This document shows positions 59,402 through 64,000 of a stretch of DNA of 64,000 bases, in pieces. The position numbers were made by a program, and so were the translations under genes. Under the pieces are notes generated by a model that was not told the origin of the DNA, searched no databases, and saw only the letters and a program-made list of their open reading frames with translations. Positions within the stretch are counted from its first letter, which is position 1, and every line of letters begins with the position of its first letter. The DNA comes from Patescibacteria group bacterium (GTDB lineage Bacteria; Patescibacteriota; Minisyncoccia; Phycocordibacterales; Phycocordibacteraceae), in contig JAIETW010000001.1 in the NCBI GenBank assembly GCA_019744845.1, positions 177,999-241,998 of the forward strand, written 5' to 3'.

Positions 59402-60262
59402 ATGAGCGAGCCGGTGATTAATGAACGAGAGCGACAGGCAGCACTTTCGCTCACTAAAAATCAGGTACCTATTCGGGAGTGGTGGTTTAAGGATAATGCA
59501 CTTCTGACATTTGCGTTTAATACGAGCTCTGCCACCGTCCCTGAAGGGGAACGGTTCATCGTGCGTGCAGCCGCAGACGCAAAGAAACTGATTACGGATC
59601 CTGAACTCAAGAAACAAGCGGATATTCTCATTCATGAGGAAACGGCGCATGCACAGATGCATGACGCATATAACGGGTATCTAGACGCACAGGGCTTCCC
59701 CGCGACCAAACACGTACAAGAAACAAAGGTGCTACTTCTCTTCTTTGAGCGTGTCTTCTCTCTCAAAATGCGGTTGGTAACCTGCATGATTATTGAGCAC
59801 TTTACGAATACCTATTCAAAACAGGTGCTTGATATTGGTGTGCTTGAGGGTGAAGACACAGACGAGCGTATGGATCGGGTGTGGAGTTGGCACTGTATAG
59901 AAGAGATGGAACACCGCTCCACTGCCGTAGACCTGTATCGCGCGCTTGGGGGTGGATACTTTCTCCGCGTTTCTATTGGTGCCTTTGTGAGCGTGGCATT
60001 CTTCGTAGCGCACGTACGCTGTTTGGTAGATTTCATGACCGCTAAGAAACTATTCTGGAATGGCACTATCTGGAAGAAAGGGCTCCCCTATCTTCTTGGG
60101 AAGAAAGGAGTGTACTACTTAGTACTTAAGTACTGGCTCACCTACTTCAAGCCAGGATTTCATCCTACCGACATCCCTATTGAAAATAGGTTTAACAAAC
60201 AGCTCCACCACTACCACATTGAAGACGAGCTGGTAGGGTACTTTAACGTACCCGTACAGTAA
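59402..60262 (+). CDS. Predicted metal-dependent hydrolase, family uncertain
   Basis: His/Glu clusters HEETAHAQMH and EEMEHRS. Confidence 0.35.
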   Translation: MSEPVINERERQAALSLTKNQVPIREWWFKDNALLTFAFNTSSATVPEGERFIVRAAADAKKLITDPELKKQADILIHEETAHAQMHDAYNGYLDAQGFPATKHVQETKVLLLFFERVFSLKMRLVTCMIIEHFTNTYSKQVLDIGVLEGEDTDERMDRVWSWHCIEEMEHRSTAVDLYRALGGGYFLRVSIGAFVSVAFFVAHVRCLVDFMTAKKLFWNGTIWKKGLPYLLGKKGVYYLVLKYWLTYFKPGFHPTDIPIENRFNKQLHHYHIEDELVGYFNVPVQ

Positions 60263-60312
60263 AAAGCTGCGCTGCCCTCTCTTTTTGCACATGTGCTAAA
60301 ATCCGAACATTC

Positions 60313-61428
60313 ATGAGAACCCTTGGAATTGTCGGTGGCGGCCAGCTTGCGCGAATGCTCACAGATGCCGCACACGGCCTTGGCCTCCGAGTGGTAGTAC
60401 TTGACCCTACTCCCGAGTCCCCTGGAGGACAAGTTGCTGATATGCAAATCGTTGGCTCATTTACTGATCCAGATATGATCCGTGCGCTTGCCGCACAAAG
60501 TGACGTGATCACATTTGAAACTGAATCTGCAGATAATGAAACATTGCAGTCAGTTTCAGCGACAAAGCCAGTCCACCCCTCTCCTCAGATGCTTTCCGTT
60601 ATTAAAGACAAGTTCGCACAAAAACAATTTCTTGCGGCACACGGTATCCCTACTTCTGAGTTTTCGGAGATCACTACACCCGAAAGCGCGGAGGCGTTTG
60701 GTCGGTTGCACGGCTATCCATTTGTCCTTAAGGCAAAACGTGACTCCTATGACGGACGAGGTAATGCGCTTATTTCTGATGCGGACTCTATCCCAGCTGC
60801 GTTTGAAAAGCTTGGGAACCGTGCAGTCTATGCAGAACGATTTGTTCCATTCACCAAGGAACTTGCGGTAGTTGCGGTACGAAGTACGACCGGAGAGGTA
60901 GCGCTTTTCCCGATCGTAGAAACCGTACACAAAAACCACATCTGCGATACGGTCACCATGCCTGCACCAGTAGACTCATCTACTGTGGAAGAAGCAGAAG
61001 CGCTTGCACGAAAGACACTCAACGCACTTCCTGGTGTGGGGGTCTGTGCCATTGAAATGTTTCTTGCAGACCGTGTGTTAGTAAATGAGATAGCTCCCCG
61101 TGTGCACAATTCCGGACACCTCACCATTGAGGCCTGTGAGAGTTCTCAGTTTGAACAGCATGTCCGTGCGGTAATGGAAATGCCACTTGGCAGTACGAAG
61201 ATGAAAGTGCCCGCCGCAGTGATGCTTAATATTCTCGGTACACGAAACGGTCCTGCTGAACCAAAGGGGTTTGATGAATTGCAACATGAACCAGGCACGT
61301 ACGTGCACCTCTACGGAAAACACGAATCACGGATCGGTAGAAAGATGGCACACATTACCGTTACGGCAGACACCGTGGAAGAGGCGCGAGCAAAAGCAGA
61401 CGCATTGCGCGATCGTGTTAGCATATAG
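60313..61428 (+). CDS. purK: N5-carboxyaminoimidazole ribonucleotide synthase
   Basis: LGIVGGGQLARM N-terminus and ATP-grasp. Confidence 0.8.
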   Translation: MRTLGIVGGGQLARMLTDAAHGLGLRVVVLDPTPESPGGQVADMQIVGSFTDPDMIRALAAQSDVITFETESADNETLQSVSATKPVHPSPQMLSVIKDKFAQKQFLAAHGIPTSEFSEITTPESAEAFGRLHGYPFVLKAKRDSYDGRGNALISDADSIPAAFEKLGNRAVYAERFVPFTKELAVVAVRSTTGEVALFPIVETVHKNHICDTVTMPAPVDSSTVEEAEALARKTLNALPGVGVCAIEMFLADRVLVNEIAPRVHNSGHLTIEACESSQFEQHVRAVMEMPLGSTKMKVPAAVMLNILGTRNGPAEPKGFDELQHEPGTYVHLYGKHESRIGRKMAHITVTADTVEEARAKADALRDRVSI

Positions 61429-61431
61429 CGT

Positions 61432-61872
61432 ATGACGAAGGTGGGCATCATTATGGGCTCGGACTCAGATTTGCCAGTGATGCAAGAGGCGGCGACAGTA
61501 CTGAGCGACCTACAGATCCCTCACGAAGTGCTCATTGTGTCAGCACATCGCACCCCTGAAAAGCTCTATAGCTACGCGAAAGAGGCAGAGGGTCGCGGCA
61601 TTTCTGTCATCATTGCGGGTGCAGGAGGTGCTGCGCACTTACCAGGAATGGTGGCGTCACTCACTCCCCTTCCTGTGATTGGCGTTCCCATTGCCACAAA
61701 AACTGCAGCAGGCATTGATTCTCTTTTTTCTATAGCGCAAATGCCTCCAGGAGTACCTGTGGCGACTGTCGCCATCAACGGTGCACAGAGTGCAGGAATG
61801 ATGGCTGCGCGTATTCTGGGTATCGCTGATCAAGGAATACGAGAAAAGCTCACATCCAACAGAGGATCATAA
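61432..61872 (+). CDS. purE: N5-carboxyaminoimidazole ribonucleotide mutase
   Basis: [14 protein letters not shown] and SAHRTP motifs. Confidence 0.85.
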   Translation: MTKVGIIMGSDSDLPVMQEAATVLSDLQIPHEVLIVSAHRTPEKLYSYAKEAEGRGISVIIAGAGGAAHLPGMVASLTPLPVIGVPIATKTAAGIDSLFSIAQMPPGVPVATVAINGAQSAGMMAARILGIADQGIREKLTSNRGS

Positions 61873-61876
61873 TCTG

Positions 61877-61963
61877 CGGAGAGGGTGGGATTTGAACCCA
61901 CGGTACCCTTTCGAGCACGCCTGATTTCGAGTCAGGTGCCTTCGACCACTCAGCCACCTCTCC
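61877..61963 (-). tRNA. tRNA-Ser (anticodon CGA), type II
   Basis: Reverse complement folds as: acceptor GGAGAGG/CCUCUCC, D-arm with GGCUGAGUGGUCGAAGGC, anticodon stem CCUGA/UCAGG with loop CUCGAAA, long variable arm, T-arm GUGGG-UUCAAAU-CCCAC, discriminator G. Confidence 0.8.
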
Positions 61964-61989
61964 GTACCGCGCATCCTACCAGCTTACCG

Positions 61990-62970
61990 CTACCCGCGCA
62001 TTACGAGATATATCACGTATATAACGTATGCAAGAATAAACAGAATTCCTTGCCAACGATCAATGTGATGTTTCTTGCCAACAAAGAGGACGAGAAGGAG
62101 CGCAAGGGTTGCCGCAATACCGACTGACGCATCTATAAGGAATCCGTTCGGAGACGGAAGCGGTGCAATGACTGCACTCACCCCAAGAATCCAAAATACG
62201 TTAAATATGTTGGATCCTACAATGTTTCCAATCGCGATATCCGCCTCTTTGCGGAGTGCCGCAATCACGGAGGTAGCAAGTTCTGGGAGTGAGGTTCCGA
62301 CAGCGACAATGGTAAGACCTATCACTGTTTCTGAAAGCCCGAAGAGAGAGGCAATGATTACCGCATTATCTACGAGTAACTTTCCGCCAAAAATAAGTGC
62401 GGCGAGACCCACCACAACGTATGCAATCACTTTGAGAGTAGGGAGCGATGCTTCATCCATTGCTTCCCCTTCGGTTTTTGATGTGTCACCTTCCTGACGC
62501 ACCAGCGCAAAGATATAGAACATAAAGATTATGAAGAATCCAAGAAGTGCAATACCGTCTGTACGGGTAATCACGTCTAGTGCTCCTCCATCCAGGATGC
62601 GATCTGCGCCGAAGACAAACAGGAAAATCATGGCAAGAAGCGCGAGTGGAATTTCCCATTTCACCGTACTTGAAGAAACGGCAAGCGGAACAATAGCAGC
62701 AGAAATACCGAGAATGAGAAGAATGTTCGCTATATTAGAACCAAGGACGTTTCCGACAGAGATCTCTGATGCACCTGTAAGTGCGGCATACACGCTCACC
62801 GTAAGTTCTGGCATGGATGTGCCGAACGCCACCACCGTAAGACCAATTACCAATGGTGAAATACCAAACTTACTCGCAATTGAGGACGCACCTTTCACTA
62901 ACCAGTCTGCACCGAACACGAGGATAATGAGACCAACAGCAAGTAACGCAAGAGTGATGAGTATTTCCAT
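61990..62970 (-). CDS. Ca2+/cation antiporter (CaCA/YrbG-like)
   Basis: Two alpha-repeat halves carrying GNVLGSNIANILLILG and GNIVGSNIFNVFWILG. Confidence 0.75.
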   Translation of the reverse strand: MEILITLALLAVGLIILVFGADWLVKGASSIASKFGISPLVIGLTVVAFGTSMPELTVSVYAALTGASEISVGNVLGSNIANILLILGISAAIVPLAVSSSTVKWEIPLALLAMIFLFVFGADRILDGGALDVITRTDGIALLGFFIIFMFYIFALVRQEGDTSKTEGEAMDEASLPTLKVIAYVVVGLAALIFGGKLLVDNAVIIASLFGLSETVIGLTIVAVGTSLPELATSVIAALRKEADIAIGNIVGSNIFNVFWILGVSAVIAPLPSPNGFLIDASVGIAATLALLLVLFVGKKHHIDRWQGILFILAYVIYVIYLVMRG

Positions 62971-63048
62971 CTGGAGAGTATAGGGGGTACAGCAGCGTTA
63001 TTTTTGAGTTTTCCCCGAAAAATGCTATCGTTTCGGGGTCTTATAGAC

Positions 63049-63123
63049 GGCCCCATCGTCTAACGGTTAGGACAGCGCCCTTTCACGGCGTAAATCGGGG
63101 TTCGATTCCCCGTGGGGTCACCA
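63049..63123 (+). tRNA. tRNA-Glu (anticodon UUC), with encoded CCA
   Basis: Acceptor GGCCCCA/UGGGGUC. Anticodon stem GCGCC/GGCGU with loop CUUUCAC. T-arm CGGGG-UUCGAUU-CCCCG. Confidence 0.85.
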
Positions 63124-63642
63124 GTGAAATATATAGTCGCCGATAAAGGTTCCGGCGAAAATAAAGACCGTTGCCCAAAGAAGACCACTGAGCACATTCC
63201 ATAGAAGGAACTGTTTTAGCGGCATATCGGCCACCCCCGCGGCAAAGGTGACAATTGAACTAAGTGGGCCAAGGAAGCGACCGATTAAGATACCAGCCCC
63301 TTCATACTGCTCAAGAAGATCGGCACCTTGAGAGAGGTGTTTTTCCTTGGGGAATCTCCTTTTAGATATGAACGATTTGTTCACAAGAAGCCCAAGATAG
63401 TAGCTCGCACATCCACCAAGTACTGCGCCAGTCGCTGCAAACAAAGTCATATCTCCTAAGTCGTAGACACCACGAGAAATAAGCGCACCTGCAAGGAGAA
63501 GGAAGATCAGGCCATTGGTGAATGTTCCGACAATGATCAACGAATCTGCAAGCGCGATAAGAAAGATAAGCCAGTACGCAAGCACTCCGAGATGCTCAAA
63601 GGTATAGAGAAGTGTAGAGAAGAGCTCTGAAAGGACCTCCAT
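63118..63642 (-). CDS. DedA/SNARE-associated family membrane protein
   Basis: DedA core with a Gly-rich re-entrant loop (LIIVGTFTNGLIFLLLAGAL). The stop codon abuts or overlaps the CCA end of tRNA-Glu. Confidence 0.7.
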   Translation of the reverse strand: MEVLSELFSTLLYTFEHLGVLAYWLIFLIALADSLIIVGTFTNGLIFLLLAGALISRGVYDLGDMTLFAATGAVLGGCASYYLGLLVNKSFISKRRFPKEKHLSQGADLLEQYEGAGILIGRFLGPLSSIVTFAAGVADMPLKQFLLWNVLSGLLWATVFIFAGTFIGDYIFHW

Positions 63643-63663
63643 CTCTACAGTATAGCGGATTGT

Positions 63664-64000
63664 TTATTCCACTGGTGCTTCGGGTGCAGCCTCCTCTTCT
63701 ACCGCCTCTTCCGTTACAGGCTCTTCAACCGGCTCCGCTACCACAGGAACCTCCTCTGTAGGCACATCTTCTTCCGCGGGAGTTCCCTCTTCTTCTGGCG
63801 CAGGCGTTTCTTCTTGTGTTGGCTCTGGATTCTCTTCCTCCTCAACTTCAGACTCCTCTCGCTCTGCATTAGCATCCCACGTCACGAGTGGTACCGGATT
63901 TTCTACGAAGAGTGGGTCATTTTCTAACGCAGGTACCGTATACTGCGGAATCTGCTCTACTTTCGGTTCTATAAACTTACCCACAAGACCCGAATACACC
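63664..64000 (-). CDS. Acidic low-complexity (E/P/V/T-rich) protein, probably partial with its N-terminus beyond the window end
   Basis: The track ORF begins with GTG at 63999, and the frame stays open to the window edge. EEEENPEPTQEETPAPEEEGTPAEE tail. Confidence 0.3.
   Translation of the reverse strand, partial: VYSGLVGKFIEPKVEQIPQYTVPALENDPLFVENPVPLVTWDANAEREESEVEEEENPEPTQEETPAPEEEGTPAEEDVPTEEVPVVAEPVEEPVTEEAVEEEAAPEAPVE

Noticed and set aside
61885-62127. Track ORF on the + strand (80 aa)
   Set aside because: It overlaps tRNA-Ser(CGA) on the opposite strand and the start of the CaCA antiporter; it is spurious.
1-64000. Search for CRISPR arrays, rRNA genes, IS elements, transposases and integrases
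   Set aside because: No regularly spaced direct repeats, no rRNA-like conserved stretches, and no transposase or integrase motifs (DDE, tyrosine recombinase R..H..R..Y) were seen in any translated frame.

Overview
This window reads as a gene-dense bacterial chromosome segment of about 50% GC, mostly housekeeping genes, interrupted by a few accessory modules. The short dnaX, C-terminally truncated Rel, N-terminally short IF-2, many small membrane proteins and the multi-copy two-helix pilin-like family suggest a small-genome Patescibacteria (CPR)-like lineage; that lineage call is inference. Housekeeping genes recognised from conserved motifs are: gyrA, topA, clpB, infB-rbfA, serS, dnaX, dus, dprA, a Rel/SpoT homologue, parB, purT, purK-purE, miaA, pth, lepB, rpsU, ybeY, ftsA-ftsZ, trxB, rpmG, an S1-domain protein, a cysteine desulfurase and a peroxiredoxin. 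I identified nine tRNA genes by hand-folding cloverleafs: Gln-UUG, Leu-CAA, Trp-CCA, a Cys/Leu-UAA/Lys-CUU/Leu-UAG cluster, Ser-CGA and Glu-UUC. Accessory content: (1) an AT-rich island of roughly 3.6 kb abutting the 3' end of tRNA-Gln, carrying a cytosine-5 DNA methyltransferase, a 673-aa P-loop/DEAD-motif ATPase I judge to be Z1-domain-like, and a 153-aa unknown protein, next to a native-GC N4/N6 methyltransferase plus a 227-aa unknown (candidate endonuclease); (2) a tandem array of six paralogous small two-helix pilin-like membrane proteins followed by an orphan solute-binding-protein-like gene; (3) a more-than-830-aa secreted Thr/Ser/Gly-rich repetitive surface protein with 63-bp tandem DNA repeats that runs off the window start; (4) a YcnJ-like CopC-CopD-YtkA fusion plus a YcnI-like copper module; (5) an L,D-transpeptidase fused to a serine D,D-carboxypeptidase; (6) a HisRS-like paralogue with degenerate catalytic motifs. 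No CRISPR array, rRNA, transposase or integrase was seen. All calls rest on reading the supplied translations and the DNA by eye, with no database search.
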